Notes: generated from the sequence alone by a model not told the origin. A DNA stretch of 32,759 nucleotides from Cytophagales bacterium (GCA_031422215.1 JANOQB010000113.1:1-32759), one strand, 5' to 3'; shown: positions 16,783 to 26,083, counted from the first letter of the stretch. Numbers and translations: made by a program.

Positions 16783-16790
16783 CAAACTTA
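16783..16790 (-). promoter_or_regulatory. -7 promoter box for mazG (possibly leaderless)
   Basis: TAAGTTTG on the minus strand ends 5 nt before the ATG. Confidence 0.55.
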
Positions 16791-16935
16791 AGTCGGGTTG
16801 TTGGTGTTGTAATATTGCATCATGCTACTTCGGTAAGAGAATTTAAACGTAAGGATAATTTATTTATTTTTATGTCCCTAACCTTCGTAGCACACAGTTG
16901 AATCGTAATTTGTAACTCTAAAATCTCAATTCTAT

Positions 16936-17175
16936 ATGGCCGTGTTCCTGCTCAGTATCGGAGTTTTTGGTTTGTTTTTTTTGTTCATGTCTGTGCGGCT
17001 CCTGTTTGTGAAAAACGGAGAGTTTCGTGGCACCTGCGCAACTCAAAGCCCATTTTTGGCCAAGGAAGGAATTACGTGCGGCTACTGCGGAAAAGTTGTA
17101 GGTGCAGGCGAAGCATGTGGCGATCCTGAAAAAGCAAACGAAATTACGTTACCCGATAAACAGGCAAACCTATAA
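16936..17175 (+). CDS. small single-TM protein with a 4-Cys C-terminal cluster (NqrM-like architecture)
   Basis: N-terminal hydrophobic helix followed by GEFRGTCA...CGYCG...C. Confidence 0.75.
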   Translation: MAVFLLSIGVFGLFFLFMSVRLLFVKNGEFRGTCATQSPFLAKEGITCGYCGKVVGAGEACGDPEKANEITLPDKQANL

Positions 17176-17196
17176 GGTTTTTAAAACCTTATAGGT
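17168..17196. repeat. REP-like perfect palindrome overlapping a stop codon
   Basis: ACCTATAAGGTTTT-T-AAAACCTTATAGGT has 14-bp arms. Confidence 0.8.
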
Positions 17197-17222
17197 CTAA
17201 GAGAAACTATTTCTAAGCCCTC

Positions 17223-17230
17223 TAAATTTG
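17223..17230 (+). promoter_or_regulatory. -7 promoter box upstream of glmM
   Basis: TAAATTTG lies about 35 nt before the GTG start. Confidence 0.45.
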
Positions 17231-17264
17231 TTAGTTTTACGGTCACTTATTTTAATCCTTACCT

Positions 17265-18653
17265 GTGACCCTTATCAAATCTATTTCTGGCATTCGCGGC
17301 ACCCTTGGTGGCACTCCTGGCGAAGCACTTACACCTGTTGATGCCGTAAAATTTGCAGCCGCATTTGGAACCTGGATAAAATCCCGCAAAGGGAATAAGG
17401 TTGTCATTGGCCGCGATGCACGGCCATCGGGTGAGATGATAAGCCAATTGGTTTCGGCCACGTTGCAAGGCCTTGGGCTGCACGTGATCGATCTGGGCTT
17501 GTCCACAACGCCCACAGTAGAAATTGCCGTGCCGCGCGAGAAGGCCGGAGGCGGAATCATCCTCACCGCCAGCCACAACCCGGTGCAGTGGAATGCACTC
17601 AAGTTGCTAAACGAAAAAGGGGAATTTATTTCTGGTGCCGATGGCGCAGCCGTTTTGAAAATTGCCGATGAAGAAAAATTCGATTTTGCACCGGTCGAAA
17701 AACTGGGAAACTATACGCGCAACAACAGCTACTTGCAAAAGCACATCGATCTTATTTTGAAACACAAGTGGGTGGATAAAAAAGCCATTCAAAATTCAAA
17801 ATTCAAAATAGCCGTTGACGCAGTAAACTCATCAGGAGGTATTGTGGTGCCTCAATTGTTAAAAGCACTTGGCGTGAAAAAAGTGGTTGAACTTTATTGC
17901 GAGCCCCACGGAAAATTTCCGCACAACCCTGAGCCCTTGCCCGAACACCTGACAGCGATAAGCAAAATCGTAAAGAAAGAAAAATGCGATTTGGGAATTG
18001 TGGTGGACCCTGATGTGGACCGGCTCGCCCTGATACAAGAGGATGGCAAACCCTTTGGCGAAGAATACACGTTGGTGGCCGTTGCCGATTACGTGCTCAC
18101 CAAAAAGAAAGGCAACACGGTTTCCAACTTATCGTCCACGCGTGCTTTGCGCGATGTTACCGAAAAGGCCGGAGGCAGTTATATCGCAGCAGCTGTTGGC
18201 GAGGTAAACGTGGTAACCAAAATGAAAGAGACCCATGCGGTGATCGGTGGCGAAGGCAATGGCGGCATTATTGTGCCCGACTTTCACTATGGCCGCGATG
18301 CCCTTATCGGGATTGCTTTGTTCCTAACCCATCTTGCCAAAACTAAATTGAAAGCATCGGAGCTAAGAAAAACTTATCCGGCCTATTTCATTTCAAAAAA
18401 TAAAATTGAACTGACCCCCAACATGGATGTGGATGAGGTGCTGGAAAAAATAAAAAAGAAATACGCGCACGAGAACATAAACACCGTGGATGGTGTGAAG
18501 ATTGATTTTGAAAAGGAACGCGAGTGGGTGCATTTGCGCAAGAGCAACACAGAGCCCATCATACGCATCTATGCTGAGTCGCAGTCTGAGCAAAAGGCAA
18601 ATGACCTGGCTCAACGGATAATTTGGGATATAAAATCAATAATAGGTGGTTGA
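17265..18653 (+). CDS. glmM: phosphoglucosamine mutase (alpha-D-phosphohexomutase)
   Basis: SISGIRG, TASHNP (catalytic Ser), DPDVDR (metal loop), GEGNGG and RKSNTEP. GTG start. Confidence 0.9.
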   Translation: MTLIKSISGIRGTLGGTPGEALTPVDAVKFAAAFGTWIKSRKGNKVVIGRDARPSGEMISQLVSATLQGLGLHVIDLGLSTTPTVEIAVPREKAGGGIILTASHNPVQWNALKLLNEKGEFISGADGAAVLKIADEEKFDFAPVEKLGNYTRNNSYLQKHIDLILKHKWVDKKAIQNSKFKIAVDAVNSSGGIVVPQLLKALGVKKVVELYCEPHGKFPHNPEPLPEHLTAISKIVKKEKCDLGIVVDPDVDRLALIQEDGKPFGEEYTLVAVADYVLTKKKGNTVSNLSSTRALRDVTEKAGGSYIAAAVGEVNVVTKMKETHAVIGGEGNGGIIVPDFHYGRDALIGIALFLTHLAKTKLKASELRKTYPAYFISKNKIELTPNMDVDEVLEKIKKKYAHENINTVDGVKIDFEKEREWVHLRKSNTEPIIRIYAESQSEQKANDLAQRIIWDIKSIIGG

Positions 18654-18667
18654 GAGTTGCTTCGGCC

Positions 18668-18737
18668 AGGGATAGAAGAGGAAAGCCCGAAGTGCGTTAG
18701 ACTTGCGTGTTGGGCGGACTTGGACCGGATAGCCCGG
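18668..18737 (+). ncRNA. Flavo-1-like structured RNA / repeat element
   Basis: AGGGATAGAAGAGGAAAGCCC...GGACTTGGACCGGATAGCCCGG contains two GGA(A/T)AGCCCG motifs. From memory, it resembles the Bacteroidota Flavo-1 motif. Not verified by a covariance model. Confidence 0.4.
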
Positions 18738-18821
18738 TTGCGTCTCGCAAGGCCGCCACAAAATTTTAAAAATTGTAGTGCCACATAAGGTTTAGCTAAC
18801 ACTAATCAAATCGAAATCACC

Positions 18822-19964
18822 ATGAGAGTCTATCTCGACAATGCCGCCACCACCCCGCTCGACCCGGAAGTGTTTGATGCCATGAAGCCTTTTTTGCTTG
18901 AAGATTTTGGCAACCCGTCCTCCACGCACACACACGGGCGCAAGGTGCGCTCGGCCATTGAGTCGGCAAGAAAAAAAATTGCCGAACTGCTCAACTGCAC
19001 ACCTGGTGAAATACTTTTTACATCCGGTGGCACGGAGGCCGATAATACAATTCTGCATTGTGCCGTGGAGACGTACAACCTAAAGCATGTTATATCTTCG
19101 CCTATCGAGCATCATGCAGTTACTCATACATTAGATAACCTTGTCAAACAAAATGAAATTCAATTGCACGCTGTGCGATTGGATGAAAAAGGTCATGTTG
19201 ATTTGATCGACTTAGAGAATCTTTTAAAGGCGTATCCCGGTTCTTTGGTGTCGCTTATGCAGGCCAACAATGAACTCGGAAATTTGCTTCCCATGGAAAA
19301 CACAGGAGAGCTTTGTAAAAAATACGGTGCCTATTTTCATTCCGACACAGTGCAATCCATGGGTCACTATCGGCACGACATGAAAAAAATGTATGTGCAT
19401 GGCATGGCTGCTGCCGCCCATAAGTTTCACGGGCCAAAGGGTGTAGGGTTTATGTATATCAACAAGGACAAAAAAATCCATCCGTTCATTCATGGTGGGG
19501 CACAAGAACGCAACATGCGCGGTGGAACCGAAAATGTATATGGCATCATTGGTCTTGCCAAAGCGTTGGAAATATGCTATCACGAAATGGATGAGCATGA
19601 GCGCATCATCAAAGGATTGAAAACGCGCATGATCGAAAAACTAAAATCAACGGTGGCGGGAGTGGAATTTAATGGCGACTCGGCCAATCTCGACAGGAGC
19701 CTTTATACGGTACTAAACGTAAGCCTTCCCGAGTCGGAGGAAAACGAAATGTTGCTTTTCAATCTCGACTTGCTGGGCATTTCTGCTTCGGGAGGAAGTG
19801 CCTGTTCCAGCGGGGCCTCAACGGGTTCGCATGTGTTGGGTGCGCTTTACCCGGGATCTAAAAAGGGGGCGGTGCGTTTTTCGTTTAGCAAATACAACAA
19901 GCCCGAAGAAATTGATTTTGTGGCCGATAAATTGGCAGAGATTTATTTGAAGGTGCGCGTTTAG
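18822..19964 (+). CDS. iscS: cysteine desulfurase (IscS/NifS type)
   Basis: YLDNAATT, FTSGGTE, HKFHGPKG (PLP Lys), RGGTEN and SGGSACSSG (catalytic Cys). Confidence 0.93.
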   Translation: MRVYLDNAATTPLDPEVFDAMKPFLLEDFGNPSSTHTHGRKVRSAIESARKKIAELLNCTPGEILFTSGGTEADNTILHCAVETYNLKHVISSPIEHHAVTHTLDNLVKQNEIQLHAVRLDEKGHVDLIDLENLLKAYPGSLVSLMQANNELGNLLPMENTGELCKKYGAYFHSDTVQSMGHYRHDMKKMYVHGMAAAAHKFHGPKGVGFMYINKDKKIHPFIHGGAQERNMRGGTENVYGIIGLAKALEICYHEMDEHERIIKGLKTRMIEKLKSTVAGVEFNGDSANLDRSLYTVLNVSLPESEENEMLLFNLDLLGISASGGSACSSGASTGSHVLGALYPGSKKGAVRFSFSKYNKPEEIDFVADKLAEIYLKVRV

Positions 19965-20022
19965 TGGTCTGACTACCTTCAGCAACTTTGTCCGAGACAT
20001 TTGTATTTAACTTTTAGTATTC

Positions 20023-21423
20023 ATGAGATCAATGAACACATACACAAAGCGATTCCTCCTTGCACTTTTAATCTTTGTCGCTTTTCGAGTTTATCCTCAA
20101 AAAGTAATTACAGAGTTTGAATTTGGAAATACTTCACTCGATAAGCTAAGCGGAATGATTTTTAATGACAGCCTTTTTTTGGGTGGAGAACTCATGAGTA
20201 TGGGAGCGCCAACTGTAAAAGTTTCCTACTGGGTAAGAAAAGACGGGAGCAAAAGAAAAGTTGATTTTTCGAAGTTGGGTGGCAAATCAATATTTGCAGT
20301 TTCAGCAACTGATTATGAGGAGTATTATTATTATTTGGTTGAAGAACGGAAATCCGTTTTTATCAATGCGCTGATCATTGATAAGAAAACAGGTTCATCC
20401 AGAATTGGAGAAGAAGGTATTAAACTATTGGGCAATGTCTATGGTAGTTTCATTGAGGATAACGATTTATTTATTTTAAGTTCAGTTAAGGGAAGTTATA
20501 TTTTGAAGATAACCAGGATTCAAGGGCTTTCGATAAAAAATGAGCATCCTTACTCTTTAACATTTGATTTGGGAAGTCAATCAACAGAAAACGTAAGACT
20601 AAAAGTCACAGGAACAGAGTTTGTGCCATCCAATGGAACAAGCCCTATTAAAATCACCAAGGAAAGAGAAACAATATGGATTAGTATTGATGAGCCTCGT
20701 GGGCAATATGACCAAACAGAACTTGGCACAACCCTCTATAAGACAACTGTTATAAAACTAGATATCAAAAACCCTGACATGTCTTTTGTAAAATCTTTCG
20801 TTGAAACGACCTCTGCTTATTTTTCCTCTGTGATATTCAATGGCGTTTTATTTAGAGTTTATAACGACAACTATTATCATTTTGACGCATTTGATGTAGT
20901 GACTGGTGTCAAGATATTCTCACGTTCCTTTACTCGTAAAAGTGAATTTGTCAATGAGGCTTCAGTTTATGTTCGAAGTGAGGATGACAATTCAGTAAAA
21001 ATGACTTTAACCACAAAACCCTTAACTGAATTTGGGTTGAGCTTTGTAAGTGTTGATACCATTTCTTCAGATGGCTATGTACTTACTGCCGGTAGCTCCG
21101 CGCTTATTAAACCGTCAACTCCGCTGATACACAACATTGGATTGATTGGCTTATTGGCATCTGCGGCTACCCAAGCAGTGGTTCGTGAACTGAGCGAGGG
21201 GCAAAGAATTTATGCCTATAGCCATATTAAAATAAATCTGGATGGTAGCTTAAATTTCACAACTGAGTCAAATACCCTTGTCCAAAAGATCGATGATTAC
21301 GAAATACAGAATTTTAAAGAAAAGATGGAGTACAAAGGTTATCTGGCAACGGTTGGGTCTGTATTCGCATTCTATAAAGTTAAAAAATCAAATAAATTTC
21401 AAATAGTTCAATTTGAAAGGTGA
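20023..21423 (+). CDS. hypothetical secreted beta-rich protein, AT-rich
   Basis: 466-aa ORF with a signal peptide (..RVYP-Q). It is visibly more AT-rich than iscS. No recognisable motif. Confidence 0.75.
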   Translation: MRSMNTYTKRFLLALLIFVAFRVYPQKVITEFEFGNTSLDKLSGMIFNDSLFLGGELMSMGAPTVKVSYWVRKDGSKRKVDFSKLGGKSIFAVSATDYEEYYYYLVEERKSVFINALIIDKKTGSSRIGEEGIKLLGNVYGSFIEDNDLFILSSVKGSYILKITRIQGLSIKNEHPYSLTFDLGSQSTENVRLKVTGTEFVPSNGTSPIKITKERETIWISIDEPRGQYDQTELGTTLYKTTVIKLDIKNPDMSFVKSFVETTSAYFSSVIFNGVLFRVYNDNYYHFDAFDVVTGVKIFSRSFTRKSEFVNEASVYVRSEDDNSVKMTLTTKPLTEFGLSFVSVDTISSDGYVLTAGSSALIKPSTPLIHNIGLIGLLASAATQAVVRELSEGQRIYAYSHIKINLDGSLNFTTESNTLVQKIDDYEIQNFKEKMEYKGYLATVGSVFAFYKVKKSNKFQIVQFER

Positions 21424-21603
21424 TTTAGAGGATTTTGGCTGCGGAATGGAATCTTAGGGGGCATACTAACAAAGGAAAATGGGCTTGTTTTATTCTTTGA
21501 TATGTCTGCGCACAGATCAGCTGTAGGTGGATTACGGTAGATTCAATATTAAAATTAGAAGTAGGAGTATTTTAAGAGATTTTAAATCGTAAACGAAATA
21601 CTT

Positions 21604-22101
21604 ATGGACACTCCCTATACAATACCCGCACAAACACGAATTGGTCATGTTCATTTAAAGGTGGCAAACTTGAAGAAGTCCCTTGAATTTTACCATGACC
21701 TGCTTGGCTTTGAACTTACCACTATGTATGGAAACCAGGCTGCGTTTATTTCTGCGGGGGGTTATCACCACCACATTGGCTTGAACACCTGGCACAGCGA
21801 AAATGCACCACCCGCTTCCCGCGATGGCGTAGGATTGTATCACACTGCTATTCTTTATCCTACGCGAAAAGATCTGGCCACGATTTATGATAGGTTGAGA
21901 AGGGCACTCTATCCGTTCACGGGTGCTTCCGACCATGGGGTGTCTGAGGCATTATACCTTGACGACCCCGATGGCAATGGTGTGGAATTATATTGGGACA
22001 GGCCAAAAGAATTGTGGCCACGTAACAAGGACGGAGCATTGAACATGTTTACAAAGGCACTTAACCTGACCGATTTGTTAAAGGAGCTTGACTCCAAATA
22101 A
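21604..22101 (+). CDS. VOC/glyoxalase family protein (CatE-like catechol 2,3-dioxygenase domain)
   Basis: IGHVHLKV, GGYHHHIGLNTW, GLYHTAILYP and DHGVSEALYLDDPDGNGVELYWDRP. Confidence 0.92.
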   Translation: MDTPYTIPAQTRIGHVHLKVANLKKSLEFYHDLLGFELTTMYGNQAAFISAGGYHHHIGLNTWHSENAPPASRDGVGLYHTAILYPTRKDLATIYDRLRRALYPFTGASDHGVSEALYLDDPDGNGVELYWDRPKELWPRNKDGALNMFTKALNLTDLLKELDSK

Positions 22102-22112
22102 AATAAAAGCTT

Positions 22113-22673
22113 ATGCCACATATAGCCATTATCTCATCCAGCGTAAGAAGAAAAAGAAACAGCCACCGCGTTGCCTTATACTTCAAGGGGTTCATCGAAG
22201 AAAAACAAGTGGGTACCGTTTCCATTCTTGATTTGGCCGAATACAATTTTCCAATTTTCGATGAACGATTGCGCCTTCAGGAATCGCCCACGCCTGCGGT
22301 GCTCGACTTTGCAGAGAAAATAAAAACAGCCGATGGTGTAATCATCGTAACTCCCGAATACAATGGAGGTTACCCGGCCAGTTTAAAAAATGCAATAGAC
22401 TTGTTGTACGATGAGTGGCGTAGAAAACCAATTGCGATTGCCACTGTATCGGATGGGAGTTTTGGTGGCACACAAGTACTGACCTCTCTGCAATTTTCAT
22501 TGTGGAAAATCCAGGCGTGGACTGTTTCAGCCATGTTCCCTGTGCCCAAAGTAACTGAAACCTTTGATGAGAATGGTATTGCATTAGACAAGCAAGCAAC
22601 CGATAAAAGGGCAACCCGTTTTATAGATGAACTTTTTTGGTGCGTGGAGGCAAAAAAAAGGATGGGGAAGTAA
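22113..22673 (+). CDS. NAD(P)H-dependent FMN reductase / quinone oxidoreductase
   Basis: SSVRxxRxS loop, ADGVIIVTPEYNGGYPASLKNAID and W.RKP. Confidence 0.92.
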   Translation: MPHIAIISSSVRRKRNSHRVALYFKGFIEEKQVGTVSILDLAEYNFPIFDERLRLQESPTPAVLDFAEKIKTADGVIIVTPEYNGGYPASLKNAIDLLYDEWRRKPIAIATVSDGSFGGTQVLTSLQFSLWKIQAWTVSAMFPVPKVTETFDENGIALDKQATDKRATRFIDELFWCVEAKKRMGK

Positions 22674-22722
22674 AATTATATGAATAGCCCATGCCAAACA
22701 GTTGCTCACCTTGGTGGGTGTG

Positions 22723-24501
22723 TCATGGAGCAACCACTTCTTTATATTGCATTTTGTGAAGTTGCGCGTAGAGTCCGTCTTTTGACAACAGTTCTTCGTG
22801 GGTGCCCCATTCTTTTATCTCACCGTGATCGAGCACGATAATTTTATTGGCTTTCTTTATGGTGGAGAGCCGGTGCGCAATAACGATGGAGGTGCGGTTG
22901 GTCATCATCTTGGCAATAGCATCTTGTATCATTTCTTCCGTCTCGCTGTCCACCGATGAGGTGGCTTCGTCCAGCACCAATATTTTGGGATCATACACCA
23001 TCGCCCGGATAAATGACAACAACTGGCGCTGCCCTACGGATAGCGTGGCACCGCGCTCCATCACATTGTAATTCAACCCGGCCGGCAAGCGGTCGATAAA
23101 TTTGCGCGCGCCCACCATGTCGGCTGCATGCAAAATCATCTCGTCTGTTACCTCTTCATTGCCCAGCGTGATGTTGTTGCGGATGGTGTCGCTAAAAAGA
23201 AAAACGTCTTGCAACACCACACCAATATTTTTGCGCAAGCTTAGCAAGTCATATTCTTTAATATCCACGCCATCCACGCTTATACTGCCGCGGTTGATTT
23301 CATAGAAGCGGTTAAGTAAATTAATGATGGACGATTTGCCCGCACCGGTGGCCCCCACCAAGGCAATGGTTTCGCCCGGCTTTATCTGTAAACTAATATC
23401 TTTCAATACATACCCAGCGTCATTATAGGCAAACCAGACACTATCAAACGCTACTTCTCCTTTTACGTGTTCTGTTTTATGTGTGCCGTTTTGCATGATG
23501 TCGGCCTTGTCGTCCAGTAAATTGATGATACGTGCTGAACTTACAATGCCCATTTGCAAGGTGTTGTAGCGGTCGGCAATCATGCGTATGGGGCGGAAGA
23601 ACATTTGTATGTACATGATAAATGCCGTGAGTGTGCCCACCGTGATTCCCGTTTCCTCAAAATGGATTACGCCTTTGGCACCATACCACACCAACAGGCC
23701 AATGCCCATGGCCGCAATGATTTCGGCTACAGGATAGTAGATAGAGTAGTACAACACCGAGCGCAGGTTTGCATCGCGGTGCTCTTTGTTGATCTCATCA
23801 AATTTTTCAAATTCTTTTTTCTCGCTTCCAAAAATCTGCACGATGTTCATTCCCGTAAGGTGCTCTTGCACAAACGAGTTTAGGTTGGCCACGGCATTGC
23901 GCACATCATTGAAGGCGACTTTTATTTTTTCTTTGAACACATAGGTGGAAAGCACCATCAGGGGAATGGTGGAAAGGGAAATCAAGGCCAGCCGCCAGTC
24001 GGTATAAAACATAAAGGCGAGGATGAACACGATCTGGAGCAAGTCGCCACCCATCGCGGCAAGGCCCTCGGTAAAAACATCCGACAGAGTTTCAACATCC
24101 GAAATGGTGCGCGTTACCAACCGGCCAATCGGGGTCTTATCAAAAAAACGCAGGCGAAGGTTAACAATGTGCTCATACAATTTTATGCGTATGTCGCGGA
24201 TCACAAACTGCCCTATGCGGCCCGATATGTATGTGTGGACATATTGCGCCAACGAGTGCACAACCAATATAATCAGCAACAGGATGATTACATTCAGCAT
24301 GCTCCAGTAGTCGCCAAAGGCTACGTGATTATCCAACGTATATTGAATAAGCCGTGCCCGCACGGGGGTAAGAAATCCCAGCAGTACCGTGAGCGCCACC
24401 ACTATGTAGAACCGGGCTTTGTACGGTTTTACAAATTGCATGATGCGCGCCAGCACCTTCCAGTCGATGATGTTTCCGCTTTTTACTTTTTCTTTTTCCA
24501 T
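22723..24501 (-). CDS. ABC exporter, fused TMD-NBD (MdlB/MsbA-like)
   Basis: Walker A GATGAGKS, signature LSVGQRQ, Walker B LVLDEATSSVD and IAHRLST. Start placed at ATG 24501. Confidence 0.95.
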   Translation of the reverse strand: MEKEKVKSGNIIDWKVLARIMQFVKPYKARFYIVVALTVLLGFLTPVRARLIQYTLDNHVAFGDYWSMLNVIILLLIILVVHSLAQYVHTYISGRIGQFVIRDIRIKLYEHIVNLRLRFFDKTPIGRLVTRTISDVETLSDVFTEGLAAMGGDLLQIVFILAFMFYTDWRLALISLSTIPLMVLSTYVFKEKIKVAFNDVRNAVANLNSFVQEHLTGMNIVQIFGSEKKEFEKFDEINKEHRDANLRSVLYYSIYYPVAEIIAAMGIGLLVWYGAKGVIHFEETGITVGTLTAFIMYIQMFFRPIRMIADRYNTLQMGIVSSARIINLLDDKADIMQNGTHKTEHVKGEVAFDSVWFAYNDAGYVLKDISLQIKPGETIALVGATGAGKSSIINLLNRFYEINRGSISVDGVDIKEYDLLSLRKNIGVVLQDVFLFSDTIRNNITLGNEEVTDEMILHAADMVGARKFIDRLPAGLNYNVMERGATLSVGQRQLLSFIRAMVYDPKILVLDEATSSVDSETEEMIQDAIAKMMTNRTSIVIAHRLSTIKKANKIIVLDHGEIKEWGTHEELLSKDGLYAQLHKMQYKEVVAP

Positions 24502-24504
24502 GTA

Positions 24505-24652
24505 CCTCACCCCGGCCCCTCTCCAAAGGAGAGGGGAGGAGTTTATTTAAAGATTCATTTTTGTCTGCCTCACCTGAGGCCTCACCCCCAGCACCTCTCC
24601 AATGAACTTGCCACCAAAACCTCACCACGGCCCTCTCTACAGGAGAGGGTGA
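24505..24652. repeat. cluster of three CCTCACC..CCCTCTCC-loop-GGAGAGGG REP-like elements
   Basis: Copies at 24505-24536 (perfect CCCCTCTCC-AAA-GGAGAGGGG), 24580-24604 (truncated) and 24620-24652. Confidence 0.8.
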
Positions 24653-24719
24653 CGCTTGATTGAAACTTTGCGTTTAATTTTATGTTCATATCATTCTTTA
24701 ACTCTAACTCCTATCTCCT

Positions 24720-25463
24720 TCAATCCAAAATCGACTTCGGATATTTCACGTGCATCAGATACAATCCTTCCGGGGGTGCATTCATGCCGGCCTTCTTCCT
24801 GTCTTTGTCAACCAATATATCCTGAAATTGTTTTACCGATGTCTTGCCAGTGCCTACATCCAGCAATGTGCCCACTATGGCCCGGACCATGCCGCGCAAA
24901 AATCGGTTGGCCGTGATGGTAAAAACCAAAATCTCGCCTTTTTGATTCCAACTTGCCAACTTCACATCACAAATAAAATGATTCACATCGGTTTTTACTT
25001 TGCTGAAACATTCAAAGTCGTGCTTGCCAACCAAAAGTGACGAAGCGCGTTCCATCGCCAACAGATCCAGGTCGCGAAAAAAGTAATAGGCATAGCCCAC
25101 GAGCAAAGGGTCTTTTACACGCGTGATTTTGTATTGATACGAACGCTCTGCCGCATCGTAGCGCGCATGGGCCTGTGGCTTCACCGATAAAATATTTTTG
25201 ATGGCTATGTCGTTGGGCAGAAAGGAATTGAGCCGATGGATCAAATCGCCCGGCTTAAATTCCTTTTCTATGTCCACATGAAAAAACTGCTGCACACAAT
25301 GAACGCCCGTATCGGTGCGGCCACTTCCCACAATCGAAATTTCCCCGCGCAACAATTTGCTCAGCGCACCTTCAACCACCTGTTGCACGCCAATCGCATT
25401 CTTTTGGTTTTGCCAGCCGTGATAGTGGGCCCCGTTGTAGCCTATTTCGAAGAAGTAGCGCAT
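24720..25463 (-). CDS. truA: tRNA pseudouridine(38-40) synthase TruA
   Basis: Y.G..YHGWQ.Q, GSGRTDTGVH, HARYDA, ANRFLRGMVRAIVG and APPEGLYL. Start is ATG 25463. Confidence 0.97.
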   Translation of the reverse strand: MRYFFEIGYNGAHYHGWQNQKNAIGVQQVVEGALSKLLRGEISIVGSGRTDTGVHCVQQFFHVDIEKEFKPGDLIHRLNSFLPNDIAIKNILSVKPQAHARYDAAERSYQYKITRVKDPLLVGYAYYFFRDLDLLAMERASSLLVGKHDFECFSKVKTDVNHFICDVKLASWNQKGEILVFTITANRFLRGMVRAIVGTLLDVGTGKTSVKQFQDILVDKDRKKAGMNAPPEGLYLMHVKYPKSILD

Positions 25464-25530
25464 GGTATCGATCAATATTTTTGCGGCCCCTTTAGTTTTA
25501 ATATACCCAAACACATCAGCAACATTTTAT

Positions 25531-25538
25531 TAGTTTTG
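25531..25538 (+). promoter_or_regulatory. -7 promoter box for the DUF4293 gene
   Basis: TAGTTTTG lies 26 nt before ATG 25565. Confidence 0.6.
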
Positions 25539-25564
25539 CGCTGGCAATTTAACGCAACCCTTTT

Positions 25565-26026
25565 ATGTGGCAAAGAATACAAACAGTGTTTCTGGTTTTA
25601 GTAGTGGCAAGCATGGTGATAAGTTTCTTTTTGCCCATCTGGAAGATAACTGAAGGGGGAAAAGAAATGCAGTTGTACCCGCTCCATTTCACCACGATTG
25701 AAAACGGTGCACGCACTACGCAATATTTTCCGTTCTCCCTCACGGCTATACTAATGGCTGCTGCCGCTACCATTGCCATCATGGAAATCAGGCGGTTCGA
25801 CAACCGGATGACGCAAATAAAATTAGGCACACTCAATTCTTTAATATTGGCTTTGGCCTTAGGCTCTGTTTATTATTTCTATAGTCAAGTGACAAAGCAA
25901 TATGGCTACGGCAAATATGGGGTTAGTTTGTGGATTCCTTTTGTCGGAGTGCTTTTCAACTGGCTCGCCTTGCGCTTCATCCGCAGGGACGAAAAAAAAG
26001 TACGAGACTCAGATAGGATGCGATAG
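25565..26026 (+). CDS. DUF4293 family membrane protein
   Basis: M.QRIQTVFL, F.NR..QIKL and LA.R.I.RDE.KVR.SDR.R signature; four TM segments. Confidence 0.9.
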   Translation: MWQRIQTVFLVLVVASMVISFFLPIWKITEGGKEMQLYPLHFTTIENGARTTQYFPFSLTAILMAAAATIAIMEIRRFDNRMTQIKLGTLNSLILALALGSVYYFYSQVTKQYGYGKYGVSLWIPFVGVLFNWLALRFIRRDEKKVRDSDRMR

Positions 26027-26083
26027 AATAATCCCTATCAATTGTTGTTTTTAAGATTACTGCAACCCTAATTTTTTTTAACC

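Noticed and set aside
21421-21540. In-frame 38-codon open stretch after the TGA of the 466-aa ORF (possible readthrough or recoding)
   Set aside because: The length is compatible with chance, TGA is a normal stop elsewhere in the window, and no SECIS-like hairpin is evident.
24329-24628. 99-aa ORF containing LPSPLERGRGEV
   Set aside because: It is a translation of the REP-like repeats and overlaps the ABC exporter out of frame.
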